A DNA stretch of 64,000 nucleotides. Source: Candidatus Moanibacter sp. GTDB taxonomy: Bacteria > Verrucomicrobiota > Verrucomicrobiia > Opitutales > UBA2987. The notes under the pieces were generated by a model. That model was given only the letters and a program-made list of their open reading frames with translations. It was not told the origin of the DNA and ran no database searches. The position numbers and the translations under genes are program-made. The stretch is taken from assembly GCA_965215885.1 (NCBI GenBank), contig CBDCEW010000105.1, positions 64,001 to 128,000 on the forward strand, read 5' to 3'. Below, one piece after another: positions 10,175 through 19,391 of this stretch (within the stretch, counting starts at the first letter, position 1; every line of letters begins with the position of its first letter).

Positions 10175-11001
10175 AGAAACATCTACTGAGTTCGAAGCAG
10201 ATGGCCCGATTCGTCGCATCCGGCTATCTCAAGTTCGACAAAATGGTATCCAGGAAGTTGTGTGCGGTCGCCCTGGAGGAGATGAAGAATCGGAAACGGG
10301 GATTTTACGCCGTCGGGACTCCCTTTGAAGAGACTTGGCCAAAGGGCACGGCCCTCGGCGATATCTTCCGACTGCCAAAGGTTAAGGGACTGATCCACTC
10401 CCTCGTCGGTCCCGATCCACTTTACGACCATCACGCCGCTCATTTCGTGGCTGCGAAGAAAATGGCGGGGCCGAACACCCATCAGGACTCCGTGATCGAT
10501 TTTCGCGAGAACTACTTCGATATACAGCTGTCCCTGTTTCCTGCCGACACTCCTGACGAGATGGGCGGCACTTTTCTGATTCCGGGCACGCAGTTTCGCA
10601 ATGTGCGTACCGGGGAGATCACCTTTTACCAGCATATGCGAGGCAAGATCTGGGCCTCCTGCAAGGCAGGAACAATGTTTGTGTGGAATACCCGCGTCTG
10701 GCACGGCGCTCGCAGCAATCACACCGACCGGGACCGCTTCATGTACAAGCTGCGTCTGAATCCGACGCTCCCCCAGATTCGAAATTTCGACACTTCTGAT
10801 CTGGATGACCCGGAGATCCCGGGAATTCTGTCCACAAAACACGGATGGGAGGGGAACGAGCACCGCTACGAGACTATGCGTCGCGTGCGCCTGTGGCGCT
10901 ACGTTTCGGGGCAGCCGGATTTCGACATCGGCGAGCGGTTTCTGCGGCGCATCGAGTACCTTCCTACCCGGGAGGGCAAACAGGCAGCATTGGCTACGTA
11001 A
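10171..11001 (+). CDS. PhyH-family dioxygenase (paralogue of 32035-32865)
   Basis: MKKHLLSSKQMARFVASGYL, HQD, GGTFLIPGT, WHGARSN...R. Confidence 0.9.
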   Translation: MKKHLLSSKQMARFVASGYLKFDKMVSRKLCAVALEEMKNRKRGFYAVGTPFEETWPKGTALGDIFRLPKVKGLIHSLVGPDPLYDHHAAHFVAAKKMAGPNTHQDSVIDFRENYFDIQLSLFPADTPDEMGGTFLIPGTQFRNVRTGEITFYQHMRGKIWASCKAGTMFVWNTRVWHGARSNHTDRDRFMYKLRLNPTLPQIRNFDTSDLDDPEIPGILSTKHGWEGNEHRYETMRRVRLWRYVSGQPDFDIGERFLRRIEYLPTREGKQAALAT

Positions 11002-11460
11002 AATCCACGGTGATTTCGAATTCCCAAAAAAATCCGGTTCGGCTCTTAGGTGTACTGATTGGTTCGGGGTTGGCACAGCGGACCGGGGGAGATTGAAAAC
11101 CGCGCATAAACTCGAATGTACGCGAATTCCCGAAGCCGAATGGACTTTTCTGTTCTCATCCGGCAGCAAGATTGGAATACCGAACGCTAATCACACCCAG
11201 ACCTTTCGTATTACAAATTCGCCTGCGGTGAGCCTCGCCGGATCCGTTGAGAATCCCTCTTCATAAAATCCGCGGTTTTTCCTGGCTCGCCGCAGTGCAG
11301 CGAAGACCGCTCGAATCCGTGGTGCCTTCCTCTTTATTCGCGTTCATTTGCGTCCATCTGCGGTTCTCTTCTTCTTTTTTGGTTGCGGCTACGCTGCGTT
11401 GGGTTCATTGACGTTCAGTCGCGGTTCAATGAATTCTCTTTCCCCAACGTCGAAATCACG

Positions 11461-11489
11461 CGCTTGTCGCTTGCATTGCCTTGTTAACT
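11461..11489 (-). other. Left half (R''-L'') of an attC site, truncated
   Basis: Minus strand GCAGTTAAC-AAGGCAATGCAAGCG overlaps the gene stop and is complementary to the cassette start GTTAACTGC. Confidence 0.65.
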
Positions 11490-11851
11490 GCTTGATTTTC
11501 GATACTGCAAAAATACTTTGATTCCTCTTGCTGACAAACCAGAAACCAGTGGGATTATGCAAAGAAATATACTGGTGAATAGCAGTAATATTGCCCAAGC
11601 TTTGGCTTCGCTGCTTCCAAAAACATATGCATATGCATTCTGACCTAGATACAACCCAAAACAACGACAAGGAGTTTCTTGTAGTTTGCAATGAAACCGA
11701 TATACGCAGCAAAAACCGCCATTATTACTTGCCCTATCAAGAATCCAGTACCTGTATCAAATGGCTCAAAGCGATCCGATACCAAGGGACAAATAGCCCA
11801 ACTCAGGCATCCCAAAATAAAGCCTGCGAAAAATACTGCTTTTCTATTCAT
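11484..11851 (-). CDS. AT-rich multi-TM membrane protein, gene-cassette ORF (frameshift ~11650)
   Basis: MNRKAVFFAGFILG... continues as YLGQNAYAYVFG...QYRKSSS* in the shifted frame. Bounded by GTTAACT and an attC half. Confidence 0.65.
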
Positions 11852-11858
11852 CTCATGC

Positions 11859-11947
11859 AGTTAACGCCAGTGCTATCCCGCTCGAAGATCATGTCGTCAA
11901 GGTTAGAAGCAACGGAACCGACGAATCTCTAACGGCTGTTCCTTACA
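11859..11947 (-). promoter_or_regulatory. attI-like/promoter leader, copy 1
   Basis: Shares ~75 bp with 30383-30458. TTGACG-17bp-GATAGC promoter-like motif, ending in the core site GTTAACT. Confidence 0.6.
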
Positions 11948-12196
11948 GCAGATTAACGGGAAAGGTTGATCGAATTTGAAAGACGGCGCCCGGGATCTAC
12001 AGGATCACAAGAGATCTCGATCTGGCGAGATTGAAAAAGGTCGGTTGATTGCTCCACGACCCGGCGAAAATGCGGAGATTCTTCGCGGACAACCCGGAGG
12101 GGTTCTTCCAGGTATTCAACGCCTACCGGCCCGGAGTTTTACCGAATCGGTGGAGCTTAGAGTTGCGATCGAGGGATTTTTTCATAGAAAGATCAA

Positions 12197-13087
12197 ATGA
12201 CACCATTCGTCGAGTCCAACGACATCAGAGAGGACACTGATGCACTGCGTCACCGCGCCGATCGCGACGGCTACCTCTTCCTGAAGGCTGTCGTCAACAA
12301 GGATGCCATCCTCGAAGCGCGCCGAGACATCGCCGCAACCCTGCAGGACGTCGGCTGGATCGACCCCGGCACCAATCAGGATGACGCCATAACGAGCCAC
12401 CCCGCGCTGGTTTCCGGCATGGAGGATTTCAAACCGGTTTATGACGCCGTCCAGAAGCTCGAATCATTCCACACCCTCGCCCATGACCCTGTGCTCCTCC
12501 ATGTCACAGAAGCTCTTCTCGGCGACGACGTGCTACTTCAGCCCAGCAACATCGCGCGTTTCATCTTTCCCACCAATCTCGACGAAACCACTCCGCCGCA
12601 CCAGGATTATGTGCACATCCAGGGCACCCCGGATGTCTGGACGGCGTGGTTCCCGTTGGGTGATTGTCCTGCGAAAATGGGCGGATTGAGCCTGTTGTCC
12701 GGCTCGCATAAATCAGGTATTTTTCCGGTCACGCGGTCCCCAGGCGCCGGCGGACTTCGAAGCGATACCACCGAATTCGGCGGGGAATGGGTCTCGAGCC
12801 CTTTCGAACTCGGGGACGTAATTTTCTTCTACAGCCACACCGTCCACCAGGGCCTCCCGAATCTGTCCGGCAACCGCTTGAGACTCTCCGTCGACTATCG
12901 CTATCAGAGGGCCTCCGATCCCGTCATGAAATTGGTCCTCGGTGTGCACCAGGGCCGGCTTTCATGGGAGGAGGTCTACGCCGGCTGGAAATCCGACAAG
13001 TACCAATACCATTGGAAGAAATTCGATCTGAATCCGGTTTCGAAAAGTCCCTGGCCGGTCGCAGAAGCTGCGGAGCAGGAGATGTAA
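12197..13087 (+). CDS. PhyH-family dioxygenase
   Basis: RDGYLF, TPPHQD, WFPL, GSH, GDVIFF, VHQG..N...RLSVDYRY. Confidence 0.92.
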   Translation: MTPFVESNDIREDTDALRHRADRDGYLFLKAVVNKDAILEARRDIAATLQDVGWIDPGTNQDDAITSHPALVSGMEDFKPVYDAVQKLESFHTLAHDPVLLHVTEALLGDDVLLQPSNIARFIFPTNLDETTPPHQDYVHIQGTPDVWTAWFPLGDCPAKMGGLSLLSGSHKSGIFPVTRSPGAGGLRSDTTEFGGEWVSSPFELGDVIFFYSHTVHQGLPNLSGNRLRLSVDYRYQRASDPVMKLVLGVHQGRLSWEEVYAGWKSDKYQYHWKKFDLNPVSKSPWPVAEAAEQEM

Positions 13088-13347
13088 TTCGCCGCTTTCT
13101 GTCATTGCGAGGCAAAGAATGACGAAGCAATTCCAGATCGTGTTTCAGGCTTCATACCTCCTGGATTGCAGCGCTAACGCGTCGGACTGTAAGCCGGCAC
13201 CCTGGATCTTGGTCTCGGAAGATCAGGCGAGTGGTCGAGCAGAATCACTTGGAAGGGTCCGATTTAAAGGAAAGGATCCTAACAGCTGCAAAACATACAA
13301 ATCGAAAACCTTCCCCTCCGCGATCTCTACGCGCTCTGCGGTTTTTC

Positions 13348-14730
13348 TTATTCGGACGACGGCGGCGGAAGAGCATCGAGCCGGGCCCGCAACCGGGCCA
13401 GATCGGCAGCGTAGGCCGGGTCGTCGATGAGGTTCTTCGTCTCGCCGGGATCGGCTTCCAAATCGAAGAGCTGATCCGGCCACGGCTGCTCATTAAATCG
13501 AAAGAATTTCAAATTCCCCTGCTTGATCATCTCAGAGGGACCATTTTGAATCTTCCACAACTCACTGAAGACCGTGTCCGGCCAGTCCTCGCAATCTCCC
13601 TTTGCCAGCGGGACGATGCTCCGCCCATCGAGACCCTCCGGTATCGGCACGTGGGCGAGATCGCACAGGGTCGGAAAAAGATCCACGAGGGACACATTTT
13701 CATGTACGATCCGTCCGCCCTTGAAATGGCGGGGCGACCAGATCGAGAACGGCACCCGCACCGAGGCATCGAAATACTGTTGCTTCTCCCATATCCCCTT
13801 CTCTCCCAGCATCTCGCCGTGGTCGGAGAGATAGATAACGATAAATTCGTTGAGCACGTTCAGGTGTTCGAGGTAGTCGATAACCCGGCCGTATTGCCCA
13901 TCCAGCCACTCCACCATACCGTAGTAGCCGGCGGTGGCACGGTGCGCCTCCCGGTAGGTGACATCCTCGCCAATCTTCACCTTGAAAAGTTCGTGGCAGT
14001 CGAATGTTTCCGGAAAATCCTCCACGATCGGTTCGACCCGCCGGAGGTAGTAGTCGAACAGCTCTTTCGGGCACTGAAAGGGGTAGTGCGGACAGGAGAG
14101 GCTCACCACCAGGAGGAGCGGCTGTGCCCCCGGTCGATCATAGTTTTCGCTCGCGAAATACTCGTCGAGAAACTGCAGCATGCCGTCGACCGAATAGCGA
14201 TCCTGCTTCATCCATGTTCCCTCACCGGCGCGGGCGTTCATGATCTCCTTGGCGAACTTGCTGTTTGGCGTATTGATGACCGAATACTGACCGGTCCCCG
14301 GCTCGGGCTCGATGAGGGCGCCGTGGACCGGATCGTCGACCAACTCGTAGCCGTTCCGGCCCGAGATATCGCGGCCGATCCGTTCGTGCCAGCCGTGCAT
14401 CTGGTCCGGGCCGCGAAAATGCATCTTACCCGCAGCCACTCCCCGGTAGCCATAGCGGGAAAGATGGCCTGGTATGGTCAATACCTCGCTCGGCAGGGCG
14501 GTCGAGAAATCGAGACAACCGGAACGACGCGGATAGAGTCCGGAGAGGAAACTCTGGCGGGCCGGCACACAGACCGGCGAAGGGCTGTAGGCGTTGCGGA
14601 AGTATACGCCTTCGCCGATAAAGCGGTCCAGCACCGGCGTGCGAATTACCTCGTTCCCTTCCACCGGCAACACATCGGGGCGGTGCTCATCGCTGATCAG
14701 TAATAGAATATACGGCTTTTTCTCTGGCAT
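13348..14730 (-). CDS. Sulfatase (choline-sulfatase-like, S1 family)
   Basis: SDEH, CVPAR (FGly motif), GKMHF, PHYP, SDHGEM. Confidence 0.92.
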   Translation of the reverse strand: MPEKKPYILLLISDEHRPDVLPVEGNEVIRTPVLDRFIGEGVYFRNAYSPSPVCVPARQSFLSGLYPRRSGCLDFSTALPSEVLTIPGHLSRYGYRGVAAGKMHFRGPDQMHGWHERIGRDISGRNGYELVDDPVHGALIEPEPGTGQYSVINTPNSKFAKEIMNARAGEGTWMKQDRYSVDGMLQFLDEYFASENYDRPGAQPLLLVVSLSCPHYPFQCPKELFDYYLRRVEPIVEDFPETFDCHELFKVKIGEDVTYREAHRATAGYYGMVEWLDGQYGRVIDYLEHLNVLNEFIVIYLSDHGEMLGEKGIWEKQQYFDASVRVPFSIWSPRHFKGGRIVHENVSLVDLFPTLCDLAHVPIPEGLDGRSIVPLAKGDCEDWPDTVFSELWKIQNGPSEMIKQGNLKFFRFNEQPWPDQLFDLEADPGETKNLIDDPAYAADLARLRARLDALPPPSSE

Positions 14731-14986
14731 GGTGGTCCAGGGTCCAGTTAAACTTTGTCGCGAGCTCGCGAGCTTCAGCGTGAGCTTAGTCGAAACCGCC
14801 ATCCGCGCAATCAGATTTTCCTTTCACCGTTTACTTCCTCATCCCTATTACAATCCGGCAGAACCCTGTTTTTCTAGCAAAGCTCAAACAGAAGATATTG
14901 GTTTTCAAGGTATTGCGATCGAAGCTCCCATTGTGAAAGACCCTAATTCTATTCTTCCCACCTTCGTCGTAAGCCTAGTGGAAGAA

Positions 14987-15084
14987 GAGTCGCTGATGTT
15001 CACGATTAAAGATGGATGCCTTTGGCGAACTCGGCCGCCGCGGCATCGATGCGGTAGGCGATGAACTGCTCGAGAAGGTTCTGG
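14987..15084 (+). mobile_element. Internal ~98-bp fragment of the IS5/ISNCY-like transposase 3' region
   Basis: GAGTCGCTGATGTTCACGATTAAAGATGGA...GAGAAGGTTCTGG is near-identical to ~63618-63717. Confidence 0.8.
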
Positions 15085-15280
15085 ACCCGTCTCCGCTGCG
15101 CTTTGCTCGACTGAAAAAATGCCGATCCCGCTCAGCGGGATTGACGACCCGTCTCCGCTGCGCTTTGCCGTGGCAGGCGAAGCTCGCGACAAAGTTTCTC
15201 CGAAAGATCCCCACATCCCGTATCTCGTATCCCGTCGAAGCGTAGCGTAGACCCTGAGCCTGTCGAAGGGCATCTCGCAT

Positions 15281-16645
15281 CTATCTTGTGTACGGCACAC
15301 AACCTGTTTCATCAACTTCATACTCCCACTTCTCGAGGTAATATTCCTTCTCCCTGAACGGATCACCGATCATTTCCAATCGCCGCGACAAATCTTGTTC
15401 TAATGCCTTCCCGATTTCCGCCGCCCCCGGATTATCCGCGAGATTCCTCAACTGATACGGGTCTTCAACATCATCAAAGAAGAAAATCTCGTTATCACTC
15501 GTCCGCACGAAGGTATGGCGATCTGTACGAACAGCACGATACGCCGGATCGAGGTAATTCTGCCGGGCAAACGGCGAGACACTCATATAAAGTGCGGCAT
15601 GGTCTTCGATTTCGACGCCATCCCGAACGCACGATGAAAGATCCGTCCCTTCGACCGGTTTCGGTATCTCAAGACCACACAGGCTCAGGAGCGTCGGCAT
15701 GATATCGACCGTTCCCAACGGCGTCATCACCTTACGATTTTCGCGCTCTGCCGTGAACGGCGGGTAACGCAACAGGAAAGGCACACGACAGGATTCGTCC
15801 CAGAAGATCTGTTTGACAAACGGACTCCGGTTGTGAGAACCCATCATCTCCCCATGGTCAGAGGCAAAAATCAGAATCGTATTATCTTTCAACCCGTTTG
15901 TCTTCAGCGCCTCAACGACATCCCCAACGCATTTGTCCAACGCGGCAATATGCGAATAGTAACCCGCCGCCTCTTTTCGGGTGTGCTCTTCAAACTCGGA
16001 ATCGTCAAACACGACATTGGGTGAAAACGTGACCGATTCCGGCCAAAACATCGCTTGATATTCTTTCGGCGCGTAGTGATGAGGGAAATGCGGAGGGCCC
16101 AGTGACAAAACGAGGAAAAACGGATTGTCTGTGTGTCGTTTTATGTAGTCACAGGCATCTTCCGTCTGGGCAAACGCATCGTATCCGAGCCAGATCTTAA
16201 TTTCCGTATCATCGCCGTCGTAGTATTCGGATTTCTGATAACTGTGCGTGCACTCCAGCACTTTCCAATAATCAAAACCCTGCCGCCGATCGGGTGGGAT
16301 ATAGCTGGCCCGTCCGTGCCCGTCGACGTGCCACTTGCCGATATAAGCAGTGTCGTAACCACCGGATTTGAACGATTTACCAATGCTCTCCTCATCCGGC
16401 GACAACGGTATATCATTCATAAACATCCCGTTGGTCGTCGGGTAACGCCCGGTCAACAACACCGCACGGGCCGGTGTGCAAACAGGAGAGGTGCCAATGG
16501 CATTGGCAAAATCAATCGATTCAGCGGCCAGTCGATCGATATTCGGCGTGATCGCGTTCGGATCACCGTTATACCCGGTCGCCTTGGCGCGCCACTGGTC
16601 GGTCAAGATGTAGACTACGTTGGGTTTGTCGTTATTGGACATCAA
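15281..16645 (-). CDS. Sulfatase (S1 family)
   Basis: PNVVYILTDQ, CTPAR, GKWH, PPH, SDHGEM. Confidence 0.93.
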   Translation of the reverse strand: MMSNNDKPNVVYILTDQWRAKATGYNGDPNAITPNIDRLAAESIDFANAIGTSPVCTPARAVLLTGRYPTTNGMFMNDIPLSPDEESIGKSFKSGGYDTAYIGKWHVDGHGRASYIPPDRRQGFDYWKVLECTHSYQKSEYYDGDDTEIKIWLGYDAFAQTEDACDYIKRHTDNPFFLVLSLGPPHFPHHYAPKEYQAMFWPESVTFSPNVVFDDSEFEEHTRKEAAGYYSHIAALDKCVGDVVEALKTNGLKDNTILIFASDHGEMMGSHNRSPFVKQIFWDESCRVPFLLRYPPFTAERENRKVMTPLGTVDIMPTLLSLCGLEIPKPVEGTDLSSCVRDGVEIEDHAALYMSVSPFARQNYLDPAYRAVRTDRHTFVRTSDNEIFFFDDVEDPYQLRNLADNPGAAEIGKALEQDLSRRLEMIGDPFREKEYYLEKWEYEVDETGCVPYTR

Positions 16646-16684
16646 CTGGAAACGTCGACCCGTCGTCGCTCCGCTGTGCCGAGG

Positions 16685-16953
16685 CAGGCAAAGTTGACGT
16701 CGAAGCTTACGACAAAGATTCCCATGCGGGGAGATATGTTCCCTCGAAACTTAATCGTAAGCCTCGTCGTAAGCTTCGTCGGCAGATCGAACAACACAAT
16801 TCGACAAAGTTCACGACGAAGCTCGCGACAAAGTTCCCCCATGCGTGGTTTGCTCTTCTTTACTTCGTCGCTAACCTCGTCGTAAGCTTCATCGACCGAT
16901 CGACCGACAGAATTCGACAAAGTTAACGACAAAGCTTACGACTAAGTTTCCCT
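16685..16953. repeat. Cluster of ~12-bp periodic CGACAAAG/CGACGAAG inverted repeats
   Basis: Recurrent CGACAAAGTTCACGACGAAGCTCGCGACAAAG units in both orientations. Relatives at ~14750, ~15180 and ~59490-59605. Confidence 0.75.
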
Positions 16954-18272
16954 CAATACTGTCCGGTTATAAGTCAAACAACTCCAACTGTTTAGGAATG
17001 CGGTGTTCATTGAAAGTGTAATCGGTTTCTGTAAGTAGTTCAGTCATAGGAGTTTTCTCAAATAGGGTGAAGCTGAGAATCTGTAGGATTTTGTGCAAAC
17101 TGATCTCCAGGCGAAGGCGTTTGCGGATGATGGCGATGAGCACATAGACGCTGACGGCAATCCAGATTTGAGTCTTCACAGCATTCTCGGAGGTGCCGAA
17201 AAAGCTCTTGCTGCGCAAGTGCTGTTTGATCCATTTGAAGAACAATTCGATCTGCCAGCGTAAACGGTAAATCTGGGTGATGATTATGGCTGGGAGGGCA
17301 AACTGATTGGTGAGAAACACGAAGCGCTCGGAACTGTCGGGATCGAGGTAAGTGATACGCCGGAGTCTTTCGGGGTAGGCCTTGGCAGGATAGAAGCTGA
17401 CCAGGGCAACGGTCTGGTCCGAACGCAGACCGGTTGATTTGTCGACCTTTTGAGAGTAGAGGCGGCGAAACTGAAAGCCGCGGCGGGCGCGTGTGACGAA
17501 GAAAGAACCGCATTGTGCGATCCGATAGAGGCGCTCGTAATGCAGATAGGCTCGGTCCATTACATAGTAAGCACCGGCCTCGGGGATGATGAGATCCAGA
17601 ATGTTTACGTCGTGAACTTTTCCATCGGTAATCTCGATAAAATAAGGGATAGAGCCTCTGAGATCGAGAAGCGTATGGACCTTCACCGCCCCCTTGTGCT
17701 TGCGGAAACGTGCCCACGGGAAGAGTGATAGACATAGATCGATCGTGGTGGAGTCCAGAGCGTAGAGCGTATTGTCCAGGTCGATGCCCAGATCCTCGTT
17801 TGAATACAAAGGACGAGCCATTGCGATGAGGACCTGTGCAAAGTCGGCGTAGATGCGCCAGTCTCGTTTCTCGTTGGCATCGGCGAGCGTGCTTTTGGAT
17901 ACTCCGCTTCGAATCCCTGCGTGGTATAGTTTTGGTTGTACTGCCCGCAGGCAGGTTTCGATGTCGCGCAGACTCTCCCGGTAGGTCAACTCGGCAAAAC
18001 CCATGCAGAGAAATTGTTCGAAGCAACTGAACTTTTGAACTTTGTAGTCGCCTCCGTAGCGTTGGACGCAACGATGGAACTGATGGCGCGGAAGATAATC
18101 TATGATTTGAGAAAAAACGAATCGACCTGTATACATGATTTGGACCCTCGAAATTTTTGAGAGTCCACAAGGCTTTTTGCAATTTCAAGTCGAAAACAGC
18201 AGAAATCATATGTAAAATGTTGGTTATCAATCGATTAACCTGCGTTCCTAGAAAAACAACCGGACAGTAGTG
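16954..18272 (-). mobile_element. IS4-family insertion sequence
   Basis: IRs CAATACTGTCCGGTT / CACTACTGTCCGGTT (rc). 9-bp TSD AGTTTCCCT at 16945-16953 and 18273-18281. Confidence 0.92.
16967..18136 (-). CDS. IS4-family transposase (DUF4372 + DDE)
   Basis: MYTGRFVFSQ, SLRDIETCL, LDSTTIDL, MDRAY, YRLRWQIELFFKWIKQ. Confidence 0.95.
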   Translation of the reverse strand: MYTGRFVFSQIIDYLPRHQFHRCVQRYGGDYKVQKFSCFEQFLCMGFAELTYRESLRDIETCLRAVQPKLYHAGIRSGVSKSTLADANEKRDWRIYADFAQVLIAMARPLYSNEDLGIDLDNTLYALDSTTIDLCLSLFPWARFRKHKGAVKVHTLLDLRGSIPYFIEITDGKVHDVNILDLIIPEAGAYYVMDRAYLHYERLYRIAQCGSFFVTRARRGFQFRRLYSQKVDKSTGLRSDQTVALVSFYPAKAYPERLRRITYLDPDSSERFVFLTNQFALPAIIITQIYRLRWQIELFFKWIKQHLRSKSFFGTSENAVKTQIWIAVSVYVLIAIIRKRLRLEISLHKILQILSFTLFEKTPMTELLTETDYTFNEHRIPKQLELFDL

Positions 18273-18380
18273 AGTTTCCCTCACGGGTGAATTGCGTCCG
18301 CCCTGCGCCCTGCGCCGCGCGCATCACGCATCCCTCATCTCGCATCTCACACCCCGCATCCCGACATCACCAGCAAGACA

Positions 18381-19343
18381 ATGAAGCGCCTCGTAAAGGA
18401 AGCCGGCTTCGGAAATGTCCGGCTGGTCGATGATCAGGTTCCAGTGCCCGATCGAGGCGAATTCCTCGTCAAGCTGACACGCTCCCTGATCAGCTGGGGG
18501 TCCGAGCTCTTTCGGCGCTATGTTCGCGAGGAAGCGGTCGATCCCCGGATCATGGGATATTCGGCGGTTGGCCGTGTCGTCGAACTCGGTCGAGACACCA
18601 GCGGGATTGCGACCGGCCAACGAGTGGTGGTGACCGCACCACACGCGCAATATGAGCTGAGTACGCTTTCAGGAGACCGTCGGCGTGCTTTCCCAATCCC
18701 CGATTCCATTGCCGACGAGGAGGCGCCATTCCTACATCTGGCTTCGGAGTCGCTCATGTGGATGCGCAGCACTCCGGTTAAGGAGACCGACACTGTCGTT
18801 GTTTTAGGGCAGGGAATCGTCGGTGCACTCTGCGCCCAGACTGTCCGCGAGCGTAATCCGGCCCGGGTTATCACCATCGATCTGCTACCGCTCAGATGCG
18901 GCGTCTCAGCTAAGCTCGGCGTCGATTCCGTGGTCGACGGTTCGAAAGTCGATCCGGCTGAGACGATCCTGCAACTTACCGATGGCGAGGGCTCCGACGT
19001 CGTGATTGAATGTGTCGGAGGACCGGCGGGCGTAAAGTCATTCGAGAAGGCGCAAAAAATGTTGAAGCGAGGCGGTGTGATTCAATTGGTGGCCCGTTAT
19101 CAAGGCAGCCCGCTGCCTCTCGATACACAGGCAATGGCGAACGGTATGATCCTGATCGGCGATCGGCTAAACCACAGCTATCGTGATTGCAAGCGGGATG
19201 CGGCGGCCATGATAGTCGACGGCCGGTTAAAGGTTCGCGAAATCATCACCCATCGCCTGCCCTGGGAAAAAGTCGCCGACGCCTACCACTTCCTCTACAA
19301 ACACCCAGACCAGGCCCTCGGCGTGATCCTCGAGTGGGAGTAG
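18381..19343 (+). CDS. Zinc-binding/MDR-family alcohol dehydrogenase
   Basis: SLISWGSE, GYSAVG, PHA, GQGIVG Rossmann motif, DVVIECVG. Confidence 0.88.
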   Translation: MKRLVKEAGFGNVRLVDDQVPVPDRGEFLVKLTRSLISWGSELFRRYVREEAVDPRIMGYSAVGRVVELGRDTSGIATGQRVVVTAPHAQYELSTLSGDRRRAFPIPDSIADEEAPFLHLASESLMWMRSTPVKETDTVVVLGQGIVGALCAQTVRERNPARVITIDLLPLRCGVSAKLGVDSVVDGSKVDPAETILQLTDGEGSDVVIECVGGPAGVKSFEKAQKMLKRGGVIQLVARYQGSPLPLDTQAMANGMILIGDRLNHSYRDCKRDAAAMIVDGRLKVREIITHRLPWEKVADAYHFLYKHPDQALGVILEWE

Positions 19344-19391
19344 CTCGGCGGAATTCGACAATGCTCAAGTCTGCATTCGACCATCGACATC

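Noticed and set aside
11976..12196. Integron integrase remnant next to the leader (also checked 30460-30630)
   Set aside because: No tyrosine-recombinase motifs are recognisable in the short ORFs, and the two upstream regions are not homologous.
13231..14703. 490-aa plus-strand ORF, and similar long antisense ORFs (10183-11169, 28147-28934, 34385-35179)
   Set aside because: These are shadows of well-supported genes on the opposite strand or in another frame, with no recognisable motifs.
17058..18284. 408-aa alternative-frame ORF in the IS4
   Set aside because: It overlaps the true transposase on the same strand and has a low-complexity Arg/Ser/Pro composition.
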